DNA of 34,291 nt from a bacterium. GTDB lineage: Bacteria > Sysuimicrobiota > Sysuimicrobiia > Sysuimicrobiales > Humicultoraceae. The notes beneath the pieces were generated by a model. It was not told where the DNA came from. It ran no database searches and saw nothing but the letters and a program-made list of their open reading frames with translations. Where the stretch lies: contig JBGQGY010000027.1 in assembly GCA_041497675.1 (NCBI GenBank), positions 1-34,291 of the forward strand, read 5' to 3'. Position 1 is the first letter of the stretch. Every line of letters begins with the position of its first letter. Both the position numbers and the translations under genes were made by a program. Below, one piece after another: positions 8,951 through 17,924 of the stretch.

Positions 8951-10198
8951 ATGCTCCAGTTGGAGACGTTGAAACCCCCGACACAAGGGCAAAAGATCGA
9001 CATCAAGGACGGCCGGCTCGTCGTGCCCAATCAGCCGATTATTCCGTTCATTGAGGGCGACGGCACCGGCCCGGATATCTGGCGGGCCAGCCAGCGCATC
9101 TTCGATGCCGCGGTGACCAAGGCGTACGGCGCTACCCGGAAGATCGTCTGGTTCGAGGTCTTCGCCGGGGAGAAGTCGTTCAACGCGTTCAAGTCCTGGC
9201 TACCCGACGATACCCTACGGGCGTTCCAACACTACATTGTCGGCATCAAAGGGCCGCTGACGACGCCCATCGGCGGCGGGTTCCGCAGCCTCAACGTGAC
9301 GCTCAGACAGCTGTTGGATCTCTACACGTGCATCCGGCCGATACGCTACTTCGAGAACGTGCCGAGTCCCGTCAAGCGCCCAGAGATGGTCGATATGGTG
9401 ATCTTTCGCGAAAACTCCGAGGACATCTATCTGGGTTTCGAGTGGCCTTCGGGCTCGGCCGAAGCCAACAAGCTGATCGACTTCGTGAAGAATGAGTTCA
9501 AGTGGAAGATCCGCGAAGGCTCAGCCGTTGGGCTGAAGCCGATGAGCCCATTTGGCACGAAGCGGCTGGTGCGCAAGGCGATCCAGTATGCCATCGACCA
9601 CAAGCGCAAGAGCGTCACCTTCGTCCACAAGGGCAACATCATGAAGTACACGGAAGGTGCCTTTGCGACTTGGGGGTATGAACTGGGTCGGGAAGAGTTC
9701 GGTGACCGGACGATCTCCTGGCAGGACGTGGCGGAGAAGCACGGCGGCAAGACGCCGGCAGGAAAGATCCTTCTTCAAGATTACATCGCCGACGTGACCT
9801 TCCAGCACGTGCTCACGCGGCCGCAGGACTTCTCAGTCATCGCCACCGGCAACCTCAACGGCGACTATCTCTCCGACGCGATCGCGGCGCAGGTGGGCGG
9901 TATCGGCATGGCGCCCGGCGCCAACATGAGCGACTTTCACGCGATCTTTGAGGCCACGCACGGCACGGCGCCCAAGTACGCCAATCAGGACAAGGTGAAC
10001 CCCGGGTCGCTCACACTGTCGGGCGTCATGATGCTCGAGTACATGGGCTGGCAGGAAGCCGCGGACAAGATCGTCAAGGGGATGGAGAAGACCTTCCAGC
10101 AGAAGATCGTGACCTACGATTTGGCGCGGTTGATGCCGGGGGCGAAAGAGGTCAAGACCAGCGAATTCGCCACGGCCGTCATCGACAACTTGCCCTAG
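8951..10198 (+). CDS. icd: Isocitrate dehydrogenase, dimeric type, probably NADP-dependent
   Basis: [58 protein letters not shown] (Lys-Tyr NADP determinants), VTYD. Confidence 0.96.
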   Translation: MLQLETLKPPTQGQKIDIKDGRLVVPNQPIIPFIEGDGTGPDIWRASQRIFDAAVTKAYGATRKIVWFEVFAGEKSFNAFKSWLPDDTLRAFQHYIVGIKGPLTTPIGGGFRSLNVTLRQLLDLYTCIRPIRYFENVPSPVKRPEMVDMVIFRENSEDIYLGFEWPSGSAEANKLIDFVKNEFKWKIREGSAVGLKPMSPFGTKRLVRKAIQYAIDHKRKSVTFVHKGNIMKYTEGAFATWGYELGREEFGDRTISWQDVAEKHGGKTPAGKILLQDYIADVTFQHVLTRPQDFSVIATGNLNGDYLSDAIAAQVGGIGMAPGANMSDFHAIFEATHGTAPKYANQDKVNPGSLTLSGVMMLEYMGWQEAADKIVKGMEKTFQQKIVTYDLARLMPGAKEVKTSEFATAVIDNLP

Positions 10199-10229
10199 GA
10201 AACATGCCGTAGGATTGGGGAGGCCGTTC

Positions 10230-11162
10230 GTGCCGAAACGAGCCAAAGTCTCGATTGTGGGCGCGGGGACCGTCGGGACCACCGCGGCCCACTGGATCGC
10301 CAGCCGGGAACTCGCCGACGTCGTCCTGGTCGACATCATCGAGGGGCTCCCGCAGGGGAAGGCCCTCGACATCACGCAGGCGGGCCCGATCGCCGGCTTC
10401 GACGTGAAGGTGACCGGCAGCAACGATTACGCCGCCACGGCTGGGGCGGACGTCGTCGTCATCACCGCCGGCATCGCCCGTAAGCCCGGCATGACGCGCG
10501 AGCAGTTGATCGACACGAATGCGGGCATCATGCGCAGCGTCGTCGGGCCGGTCGTGCAGCACTCGCCCGGCGCCACGCTCGTCGTCGTGACCAACCCGCT
10601 CGACGCGATGACGTATCTGACGGTCAAGGCCGCGGGGCTGCCGCGCGCGCGCGTGATCGGCGAATCCGGCGCCCTCGACTCGACGCGGTTCCGCACGTTC
10701 CTGGCGATGGAGCTGGGTGTGTCGGTGAATGACGTCCACGCGCTCGTCGTCGGCGCGCACACGGACAAGGACATGGTCCCGCTGCCGCGCTATGCGACGG
10801 TGCGCGGCATTCCTGTCTCACACTTTCTCTCTCCCCAGCAAATCGACGCGGTCGTCGCGCGCACGCGGCGTGGTGGCGCCGAGATCACCGAACTGATGAA
10901 GGCCAGCGCGTTTACAGCGCCCGGGGCGTCGATCTGCGAGATGGTCGAGGCGATCCTTCGCGATCAGAAGCGCGTCATCCCGTGCTGCGTCTACCTCGAC
11001 GGAGAGTACGGCGAGCGTGACGTCTGCGTGGGCGTGCCGGTCGTGCTCGGCGCAGGCGGGATGGAGAGAATCATCGAACTGCCGCTGGACGCAGCAGAGA
11101 ACGCCGCATTCAAGGCGTCCGTTGGGGCGATCCGGGAGATGCTCGGGGCCATGAAGGCCTGA
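10230..11162 (+). CDS. mdh: Malate dehydrogenase (LDH-like type)
   Basis: GAGTVG, GKALD, TAGIARKPGMTR (Arg specificity residue), TNPLD, LDSTR, GGAEI; SD GGAGG 10219-10223 favours GTG 10230. Confidence 0.9.
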   Translation: MPKRAKVSIVGAGTVGTTAAHWIASRELADVVLVDIIEGLPQGKALDITQAGPIAGFDVKVTGSNDYAATAGADVVVITAGIARKPGMTREQLIDTNAGIMRSVVGPVVQHSPGATLVVVTNPLDAMTYLTVKAAGLPRARVIGESGALDSTRFRTFLAMELGVSVNDVHALVVGAHTDKDMVPLPRYATVRGIPVSHFLSPQQIDAVVARTRRGGAEITELMKASAFTAPGASICEMVEAILRDQKRVIPCCVYLDGEYGERDVCVGVPVVLGAGGMERIIELPLDAAENAAFKASVGAIREMLGAMKA

Positions 11163-11165
11163 CCG

Positions 11166-11756
11166 GTGCACGTCGAGCCGGTTACACTCGATGGGACCCA
11201 CGTACGGTTGGAGCCGCTCTCGCTCGCTCATGACACCGACCTCGCCAAGGTCGGCCTGGATGAGGATCTGGTCGGTCTGACCCAGGCGTACGCGCCCACA
11301 CCCGAAGGGTTGCGAACCTATATTCAGACCGCCCTCACCTGGCAGGCCAACGGTACGGCAGTACCGTTTGCCGTGATTAGTAAGGCGGCCGGACGCGCCA
11401 TCGGCAGCACCCGCTATGCGAACATCGACAAAGCGAACCGCCGCCTGGAGATCGGCTGGACCTGGTACGGCCGCGCCTTTCAGCGGACGGCGGTGAACAC
11501 CGAGACCAAATATCTCCTCTTACAGCACGCGTTTGAGACGCTCGGCTGCATCCGCGTCGAGTTCAAGACCGACGTCTTGAACGAGCGATCGCGGCGGGCG
11601 CTGCTACGGATCGGGGCGAAGGAGGAGGGAGTCTTTCGCCGCCACATGATCCTGGCCGACGGCCGAGTCCGCGATACCGTGTACTTCAGCATCATCGATA
11701 GCGAATGGCCCGGAGTGAAAGCGCAATTGGCTCAGAAGCTGGGACGTTCGCCATGA
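11166..11756 (+). CDS. GNAT acetyltransferase, RimJ/RimL type
   Basis: VRLEPL, IGSTRY, LEIGWTW, QRTAVNTETKYLLL.HAFE, RVEFKTD..N.RS...RIGA..EG..R.H, RDTVYFSI...EW. Confidence 0.9.
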   Translation: MHVEPVTLDGTHVRLEPLSLAHDTDLAKVGLDEDLVGLTQAYAPTPEGLRTYIQTALTWQANGTAVPFAVISKAAGRAIGSTRYANIDKANRRLEIGWTWYGRAFQRTAVNTETKYLLLQHAFETLGCIRVEFKTDVLNERSRRALLRIGAKEEGVFRRHMILADGRVRDTVYFSIIDSEWPGVKAQLAQKLGRSP

Positions 11757-11764
11757 GATTGGCA

Positions 11765-11773
11765 TGCTACCAT
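11765..11773 (+). promoter_or_regulatory. Candidate extended -10 promoter for sucCD
   Basis: TGcTACCAT 46 bp before the sucC ATG, inside the short palindrome GCATG-ctac-CATGC; no convincing -35. The same TGnTACCAT precedes the ATPase operon. Confidence 0.4.
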
Positions 11774-11819
11774 GCTGAGGGACGATAGGTCGTCGCGCTA
11801 ATCCAACCGAGGGTGATCG

Positions 11820-12926
11820 ATGAAACTGCACGAGTATCAGGCCAAAGAGATCTTCGCGTCGTACGGCATCCCCATCCAGAAGGGGACCGTCATCGACCGG
11901 CCCGAGCAGATCGATGAGGTCGTCCTCAAGTATCCGGTCGTCCTCAAGGCGCAGGTGCTCGTCGGCGGTCGGGGTAAAGCCGGGGGGATCAAGCTTGCCA
12001 ACGACGCCACCGAAGCGCGCGAGAAGGCGCGGGCGATCCTCGGGATGGACATCAAGGGCGAGAGAGTGCGCCGGCTGCTGGTCGCCGAGGCCGCCAACAT
12101 CGGCGCCGAGTACTACCTGGCGTTTACGGTCGACCGTGGCGCGGGGCGACTTGTGGTGATCGGCTCGGCGGCCGGTGGGATCGACATCGAAGACGTCGCC
12201 CGCACGACGCCCGAGAAGATCGCCAAGATGCACATCGATCCGTTCATGGGATTCGAGCCGTATCATGCCCGCGAGTTGGGCCGAAAGCTCGGATTTGAGG
12301 GCAAGCTCCTGCTGCAGTTTGCGACGATCGCGTTCAACCTTTCGCGCATTTGCAGCGAGATGGACGCCGAACTCGCGGAAATCAACCCGCTGGCGGTCGC
12401 CGATGGCGCGCTGCTGGCGGTCGACGCGAAACTCATCATCGATGACAATGCGACGTACCGCCATGACCGCCTGCCGAAGAACGAAGAGCTGACCGAGCTC
12501 GAGCAGATGGCGAAGAGTCAGGATCTTTCGTACGTGGAGCTCGACGGGAATGTGGCCATCATCGGCAACGGCGCGGGATTGGTCATGTCCACCCTCGATA
12601 TGATCGCGCATTTCGGGGGGCAGCCGGCCAACTTCCTCGACGTCGGCGGTGGCGCGACGACCGAGAACATGGCACACGCCATGAACATCGTCCTCCGGAA
12701 GCCCGGCGTGCGCGGGCTGTTCATCAATATCTTTGGCGGGATCACCCGCTGCGACGACATCGCCCGCGCCATCGCGGCGCAGCCGCCAAAGGTCCCGATG
12801 GTCGTTCGCCTGACCGGGACGAATGAGACCGAGGGCCGGGCGATCCTCGAAGCGGCGAAGATCCACGCCTTCACCGATCCGGAGGCGGCGGCCAGGGAAG
12901 TCGTGAAACTTGTTGGGGTTGCCTGA
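11820..12926 (+). CDS. sucC: Succinyl-CoA synthetase beta subunit
   Basis: MKLHEYQAK, KAQVLVGGRGKAGG, GGIDIE, EINPL, DAK, GNGAGL, PANFLDVGGG, NIFGGITRCD, RLTGTN. Confidence 0.95.
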   Translation: MKLHEYQAKEIFASYGIPIQKGTVIDRPEQIDEVVLKYPVVLKAQVLVGGRGKAGGIKLANDATEAREKARAILGMDIKGERVRRLLVAEAANIGAEYYLAFTVDRGAGRLVVIGSAAGGIDIEDVARTTPEKIAKMHIDPFMGFEPYHARELGRKLGFEGKLLLQFATIAFNLSRICSEMDAELAEINPLAVADGALLAVDAKLIIDDNATYRHDRLPKNEELTELEQMAKSQDLSYVELDGNVAIIGNGAGLVMSTLDMIAHFGGQPANFLDVGGGATTENMAHAMNIVLRKPGVRGLFINIFGGITRCDDIARAIAAQPPKVPMVVRLTGTNETEGRAILEAAKIHAFTDPEAAAREVVKLVGVA

Positions 12927-13798
12927 TGGCCATCTTGATCGACGAACGGACGCGCGTCGTGGTGCAGGGGATCACCGGCTACCAGGGCGAGTTCCACGCG
13001 CGCCGTATGCTGGAGTTTGGGACCAAAGTCGTCGCCGGCACCACGCCCGGCAAGGGTGGGCAGAAGGTCGGCGATGTCCCGGTGTTCGACACGGTCGCCG
13101 AGGCTGTCGCCCAAACCGGCGCCACCGCGTCGTGCATCTTTGTGCCGGCTCGGGGAACGAAGGACGCGGCGCTCGAGGCCATCGCCTCGCGTCTTGATCC
13201 TATCGTGATCATCAGCGAGCACGTCCCGGTCCACGACGCGATCGAAGTCGTCGCGGCTGCGCGCGCCGCCGGGGTGCGGGTCGTGGGCCCGAACGGACCC
13301 GGCCTGACCTCACCCGGACGCTGCAAGATCGGCATCATGCCCAATCATCTGTTCAAGCAGGGCGGCATCGGGTTCGTCTCTCGCAGCGGCACGCTCACCT
13401 ACGAGATCGTTGCGGGTCTCACCAACGCGGGGATGGGGCAGAGCACGGCGCTGGGCCTGGGCGGCGACCCCGTCGTCGGTCTCTCGTTCACCGAGGCGAT
13501 CAGGCTCTTCAATGACGATCCGGAGACAACCGCGATCGTGCTCGTCGGCGAGATCGGGGGGAGCGCGGAAGAAGAGGCCGCGCGCTTCATCAAGGCCTCC
13601 GTGCGGAAACCGGTCGCCGGATACATCGCGGGACGCACCGCCCCGCCGGGCAAGCGCATGGGTCACGCGGGCGCCGTCATCTCAGGGACGGAGGGCACAG
13701 CGCAGGCGAAGATCGCCGCGCTCGAGGCCGCAGGCGTGCACATGGTCGAGTTGCCGGGGCGTGTGCCGGATGTGTTGAAGGCCGCGCTCCGAGTCTAG
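12926..13798 (+). CDS. sucD: Succinyl-CoA synthetase alpha subunit
   Basis: VVQGITG, GPNGPG, SRSGTLTYE, GLGGD, GEIGG, RMGHAGA (phospho-His); start overlaps the sucC stop. Confidence 0.96.
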   Translation: MAILIDERTRVVVQGITGYQGEFHARRMLEFGTKVVAGTTPGKGGQKVGDVPVFDTVAEAVAQTGATASCIFVPARGTKDAALEAIASRLDPIVIISEHVPVHDAIEVVAAARAAGVRVVGPNGPGLTSPGRCKIGIMPNHLFKQGGIGFVSRSGTLTYEIVAGLTNAGMGQSTALGLGGDPVVGLSFTEAIRLFNDDPETTAIVLVGEIGGSAEEEAARFIKASVRKPVAGYIAGRTAPPGKRMGHAGAVISGTEGTAQAKIAALEAAGVHMVELPGRVPDVLKAALRV

Positions 13799-13828
13799 CA
13801 TCCCGTTTGTCGGGAGAGACACGTCGCC

Positions 13829-14680
13829 GTGTCGTCGGCCTGGCTGGAATGGGTGAACGCCCTCCTGCGCTGGATCCATGTGGTCGCGGGCATCATGTGG
13901 ATCGGCGACTCGCTGCTCTTCATGTGGATCGACAGCCATCTGCATCCCGATCCCCAGTCGCGTAAGGACGTCAACGGCGTCACCTGGCTGCTCCACGGCG
14001 GGGGGTACTACCAGCTCGAAAAACGACTGCTGATTCCGGGGCGTCTGCCACCGTCCCTTCGATGGTTCTGGCTCGAGGCCACCACAACGTGGCTGTCCGG
14101 CTTCCTGCTCCTGATTGTCGTGTACTATGTGAGCGCCTCGGTCCTCATGGTGGATCGCGACGCCGCGCTGACTCCCGAACAGGCGGTCGCCGCGGGCGTG
14201 GGAATGCTGCTGGCCGGATGGTTCGTCTACGACGGCCTCTGGCGGTCGCTGGCCCGGCGCCCGGCATTGGCGGCGGGCGCGTCCCTTGCGCTCCTGGTCG
14301 CGATAAACTACGCGGCCACCCATGTGATGAGTGCCCGCGCGGCGTTTCTACATGTGGGGGCCATGGCCGGCACGATCATGGCGGCCAACGTGTGGGTCCA
14401 CATCATCCTGCCGCAGCGGCAGATGGTGCGCGCGGCGCGTGAAGGCCGCGAGGTCGACTACTCGCCTGGCCGGCACGCGAAAACTCGGTCGACGCACAAC
14501 ACCTATCTGACGTTCCCTGCCATCTTCTTGATGATCAGCAACCACTTCCCGAGGATCTACGGCGGTCCGCAGCGGTGGCTCGTGCTGACGTTGATCTGCC
14601 TCCTTGGGGCAGGCGTGCGCCACCTGATGCTCGTCGGCGACAAGCCGCGCACGGGGTATAATGAGACGCTAGGTCAGTGA
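13829..14680 (+). CDS. PuuD-like (urate hydroxylase, Urate_ox_N) membrane protein without the cytochrome c domain
   Basis: RWIHVVAGIMWIG, W..HGGGYY..EK, WF..EA..TWLSGF, HVGAMAGTIMAANV...I.P.Q, AK.RS.HN.Y.T.P..F.MISNHFP; 283 aa, no CxxCH. Confidence 0.8.
   Translation: MSSAWLEWVNALLRWIHVVAGIMWIGDSLLFMWIDSHLHPDPQSRKDVNGVTWLLHGGGYYQLEKRLLIPGRLPPSLRWFWLEATTTWLSGFLLLIVVYYVSASVLMVDRDAALTPEQAVAAGVGMLLAGWFVYDGLWRSLARRPALAAGASLALLVAINYAATHVMSARAAFLHVGAMAGTIMAANVWVHIILPQRQMVRAAREGREVDYSPGRHAKTRSTHNTYLTFPAIFLMISNHFPRIYGGPQRWLVLTLICLLGAGVRHLMLVGDKPRTGYNETLGQ
14657..14662 (+). promoter_or_regulatory. Consensus -10 hexamer, probable promoter of the yvlD-rapZ-yvcK unit
   Basis: Perfect TATAAT in GC-rich DNA, 29 bp upstream of ATG 14692 and its SD GAGGAGG; -35 poor. 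Confidence 0.55.
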
Positions 14681-14691
14681 GGAGGGGTGCC

Positions 14692-15036
14692 ATGTTGCGC
14701 GGGTTCCTGACGCGGTGGCTGTTCAACGGCCTTGCCATTTGGGTCACCACGCTCCTCCCGATCGGCATTAGCGCCCCGGATACTCGGACGATCATCTGGG
14801 CCGCACTGGTGCTGGGTCTTGTCAATGCGTCGATCCGATGGCTGTTTATCATCCTCACCCTGCCGCTCAGCATCCTGACGCTCGGACTCTTCACCCTGGT
14901 CGTCAACGCGCTGATGCTGTATATCGTCAGCGCAGTGGTTCCAGGATTCCAGCTCGCCAACTTCTGGTCTGCCTTTGTGGGAGCGCTGATCATTGCCATC
15001 GTCAGCACGGGCCTCAGCCATCTCCTCGGACGGTAG
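14692..15036 (+). CDS. YvlD-like membrane protein (4-TM phage holin family)
   Basis: ALVLGLVNASIR...ILTLPLSILTLGLFTLVVNALML...VPGF....FWSAFVGA; strong SD before ATG 14692. Confidence 0.9.
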   Translation: MLRGFLTRWLFNGLAIWVTTLLPIGISAPDTRTIIWAALVLGLVNASIRWLFIILTLPLSILTLGLFTLVVNALMLYIVSAVVPGFQLANFWSAFVGALIIAIVSTGLSHLLGR

Positions 15037-15115
15037 CCGGTCCGCGCGCGTGCAGCGCCCGCGGGCTGGCGTCCACACGCGCCGGCGCGGCCCTCGCCAC
15101 CAGCCTGGCCGCGGG

Positions 15116-16000
15116 GTGCAGTTTGTCATCATCACGGGTCTGTCGGGTGCGGGCAAATCCAACGCCATGAAAGTGTTCGAGGACCTGGGCTTCTTTTGTG
15201 TCGATAATCTGCCGCCGGCCCTGCTTCCGAAGTTTGCCGATGTCGTGCTGCACTCGGGCGGCAAGGTCCGCCGCGTGGCGCTTGTCATCGACATCCGTGG
15301 CGGCGAGTTCTTCGACGAGCTCTTCGTCGCCTTGCAGCAACTCACGCGTCTGGGGCTGCGGTACGACATCCTGTTTCTCGACGCCGGCGACGACGTGCTC
15401 GTCCGCCGCTTCAAAGAGACCCGCCGCAAACACCCGCTCGCGAAGACCGGTCGCGTGCTGGACGGGATTCGCGCCGAGCGCCGGCGCCTCGAAGTCGTGA
15501 AGGGGCGAGCGGACAAGATCGTCGACACCTCGACGCTGACGGTCAAGGAACTCCGCGACGAGATCGTCTCGACGTACCTGCGGGACCGCAGGCCGGCGCG
15601 GCAGCTCGAGGTGAGCGTTATCTCCTTTGGATACAAGTACGGTATTCCGATCGATGCGGATCTCATCTTGGATGTCCGGTTCCTCCCTAACCCGCACTAC
15701 CAGGCGGCGCTCCGCCCGCTGCCCGGACATCACCAACGGGTCCGGCGGTTCGTGCTCGATCAACCCGAGACGCGTGAGTTCCTCCAGCGAATGTACAATT
15801 TCATTGACTACCTGCTGCCCCAGTTCGTTGCGGAAGGGAAGACACACCTGACCGTCGGCCTCGGCTGCACAGGTGGCCGCCACCGGTCGGTCGTGCTCGC
15901 CGATGACCTCGCGCGTCATCTGCGCGCCAGCCGGTGTCGCGTGCACGTGCGGCACCGCGACGTCCGCAAGGATCTGGCGCTGGCTGAGGCGGCGGAATGA
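15116..16000 (+). CDS. rapZ: RNase adapter RapZ / YvcJ P-loop NTPase
   Basis: FVIITGLSGAGKS, GFFCVDNLP, DIRG, RRFKETRRKHPL, SFGYKYG.P.DAD...DVRFLPNP, GCTGGRHRSV. Start uncertain (GTG 15116 or GTG 15050). Confidence 0.94.
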   Translation: MQFVIITGLSGAGKSNAMKVFEDLGFFCVDNLPPALLPKFADVVLHSGGKVRRVALVIDIRGGEFFDELFVALQQLTRLGLRYDILFLDAGDDVLVRRFKETRRKHPLAKTGRVLDGIRAERRRLEVVKGRADKIVDTSTLTVKELRDEIVSTYLRDRRPARQLEVSVISFGYKYGIPIDADLILDVRFLPNPHYQAALRPLPGHHQRVRRFVLDQPETREFLQRMYNFIDYLLPQFVAEGKTHLTVGLGCTGGRHRSVVLADDLARHLRASRCRVHVRHRDVRKDLALAEAAE

Positions 16001-17352
16001 GCAAGCGTTGGGGGCGCTGGCGCCGATGGTTGGCCCCGGGAATCGGGATCAAGCGATGGGGGGCGATGATCGCCGCAGGCGTGTTGGTGTTCGGGGCCGG
16101 CTTCGCCTTGCTGATCAACGAACGTTTTCTCACGCAGTTCGAGGCGGCGATCTTCCGGCTGGCCCAGTCGCTGGGACGTGTGACCGGTTACGAGGCCTCG
16201 CCCATGGCCCTGGGTGTCCTTGGGGTGACCCTCGGCGTCCTGGCCACGTTCTTCGGCGTCCGCGGGATGCTGCGCTCCATCGACCGCGTGTTGTTTCCCT
16301 CGGGGAGCCCGACGCTGGTCGACTTCCTCCGCCAAGAGCGCCGGCGCCGCCGCGGCGTGAACATCGCCGTCCTGGGCGGCGGGACGGGGCTCGCGACACT
16401 GTTACGCGGTCTGAAGCAGTACTCGTCGAACCTGACGGCCGTGGTGACGGTGTTCGACGACGGCGGATCGTCCGGGCGACTGCGGCGCGAGCTCGGTATC
16501 CTGCCGCCCGGTGATATCCGCCATTGTCTGGTGGCGTTGGCCGAGGCCGAGCCCCTGATGACCAAACTGTTCGAATATCGGTTCCGCGGCGGCGCTCTCG
16601 ACGGCCACGCCTTCGGGAACCTGTTCATCGCCAGCCTGGCCGGGGTCACCGGGGATCTCGAACTCGCGGTCAAGGAGACGAGCAAGATCCTCAAGATCCG
16701 CGGTCGAGTGCTGCCCACCACTGCGCACGACGTCGTTCTGGCCGCCGAACTCGACGACGGACGCATCATCGAAGGTGAGTCCAAGATCACCGGCGCCCGG
16801 GGCCGCATCACCCGCGTCTCGCTCCGCCCCGCCGATCCGACGCCGCTGCCCGACGCGCTCGAGGCCATTGCGGACGCCGATGTCATCGTCCTCGGCCCGG
16901 GGAGCCTCTACACCAGCCTGATCCCCAATCTGCTCGTCCCCCGTGTCGCCGACGCGCTGCGCGAGTCCGATGCGCCGTGTGTCTACATCTGCAACATCAT
17001 GACGCAGCCGGGCGAGACCGATGGGTACACCGCCGCCGATCACGTCCGCGCCATCCACGCGCATACGGGGACGGGGATGTTCTCACACGTGATCGTCAAC
17101 ACACAGATGCCGCAGAGCCGCGCGTTACGGGATCGCTACGCCGGGCAGGGCAGCCGCCCGGTCGAGCCCGCGATCGGTGAGTTGGAAGCCATGGGGCTTG
17201 TGGCGGTTGGGTTGCCGCTCATGAGCGAAGAGGAGCTTCTGCGACATGATCCGGTCCGGCTGGCCGCGGGGGTGCTGCACGTGATGGATCTCGCCCACGT
17301 CCGGCCGAGGCGCGGTCGCCGCCTCGCCGCGCTCGCCCAGGCGCGACGATAA
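15997..17352 (+). CDS. yvcK: YvcK/GlmR (UPF0052) protein with N-terminal membrane segments
   Basis: GGGTGL..LLRGLK, VTVFDDGGSSGRLR, PPGDIR.CL, GHAFGNL, GES.I, GPGSLYTS..PNL, NIMTQPGET, RHDP; ATGA overlap with rapZ. Confidence 0.93.
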   Translation: MSKRWGRWRRWLAPGIGIKRWGAMIAAGVLVFGAGFALLINERFLTQFEAAIFRLAQSLGRVTGYEASPMALGVLGVTLGVLATFFGVRGMLRSIDRVLFPSGSPTLVDFLRQERRRRRGVNIAVLGGGTGLATLLRGLKQYSSNLTAVVTVFDDGGSSGRLRRELGILPPGDIRHCLVALAEAEPLMTKLFEYRFRGGALDGHAFGNLFIASLAGVTGDLELAVKETSKILKIRGRVLPTTAHDVVLAAELDDGRIIEGESKITGARGRITRVSLRPADPTPLPDALEAIADADVIVLGPGSLYTSLIPNLLVPRVADALRESDAPCVYICNIMTQPGETDGYTAADHVRAIHAHTGTGMFSHVIVNTQMPQSRALRDRYAGQGSRPVEPAIGELEAMGLVAVGLPLMSEEELLRHDPVRLAAGVLHVMDLAHVRPRRGRRLAALAQARR

Positions 17353-17355
17353 ACC

Positions 17356-17460
17356 CGCGCGACGATGCACTCGCGATAGGATTCTCGACGCCCCACGACG
17401 AACCCGACGCCTCAGGTCCATACGGGTCCCGGAACGTCGAACCTTTGTTGTCGTCGCGCG
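17356..17460. ncRNA. Candidate rod-shaped structured RNA or repeat element between yvcK and nuoA
   Basis: Nested inverted repeats: CGCGCGACGA (17356-17365)/TCGTCGCGCG (17451-17460), TCGACG (17385-17390)/CGTCGA (17435-17440), ACCCG (17402-17406)/CGGGT (17423-17427). Confidence 0.35.
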
Positions 17461-17533
17461 TTCGGCGCTGAACACAGCCGCGTGAACGCGGGGGCGCAAC
17501 CGGTGGCCCGCGCGTGTGTGACGGGTGACGAGA

Positions 17534-17893
17534 ATGCTGCTGGTTGACTGGCTGTACGTGGGCGTGTTCGCGATCGTGGGGCTGCTGATGGCCGCGTTGC
17601 CGCTGGCGATCGTGTGGGCCCTGGCGCCGCGCTTGGCGCTTCCCCAGAAGCGCATGACATATGAATCTGGCGTCGTGCCCTTCGGTCAGGCCTGGGCGCA
17701 GTTCAATGTGCGCTACTATCTGTTCGGTCTGATCTTCGTGATCTTTGACGTCGAGGTCATCTACCTGTATCCCTGGGCCATCGTCTTCCGCCAGCTGGGC
17801 AAGTTTGCGTTCGTGGAAATGCTGATCTTTCTGGTCATCCTGATGATCGGCTTGGCCTACGCGTGGCGGAAAGGCGCGCTCGAATGGGCGTAG
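17534..17893 (+). CDS. nuoA: NADH-quinone oxidoreductase subunit A
   Basis: K..TYESG..P.G loop, [32 protein letters not shown]. Confidence 0.95.
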   Translation: MLLVDWLYVGVFAIVGLLMAALPLAIVWALAPRLALPQKRMTYESGVVPFGQAWAQFNVRYYLFGLIFVIFDVEVIYLYPWAIVFRQLGKFAFVEMLIFLVILMIGLAYAWRKGALEWA

Positions 17894-17924
17894 CATCGGG
17901 TCCGGGACGCCGGAGGACCTCAGG

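Noticed and set aside
11604..12866. Long antisense ORFs (e.g. 420 aa opposite sucC; also 23270-24325, 27100-28236, 32571-33515)
   Set aside because: Shadow frames of well-supported genes caused by GC-rich codon bias; no recognisable motifs.
11820..13798. SucCD as citryl-CoA synthetase or ATP-citrate lyase of the reductive TCA cycle
   Set aside because: Motifs (GNGAGL, NIFGGITRCD, MGHAGA) and lengths fit ordinary succinyl-CoA synthetase; only a phylogeny could show otherwise.
14692..15036. Holin-family and excisionase-like genes as signs of a prophage
   Set aside because: YvlD-like genes are ordinary chromosomal genes; no integrase, structural or lysin genes are present.
17411..17432. TCAGGTCC-ATAC-GGG resembles SRP RNA helix 8
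   Set aside because: The loop is not GNRA and the AGCAG partner strand is missing.
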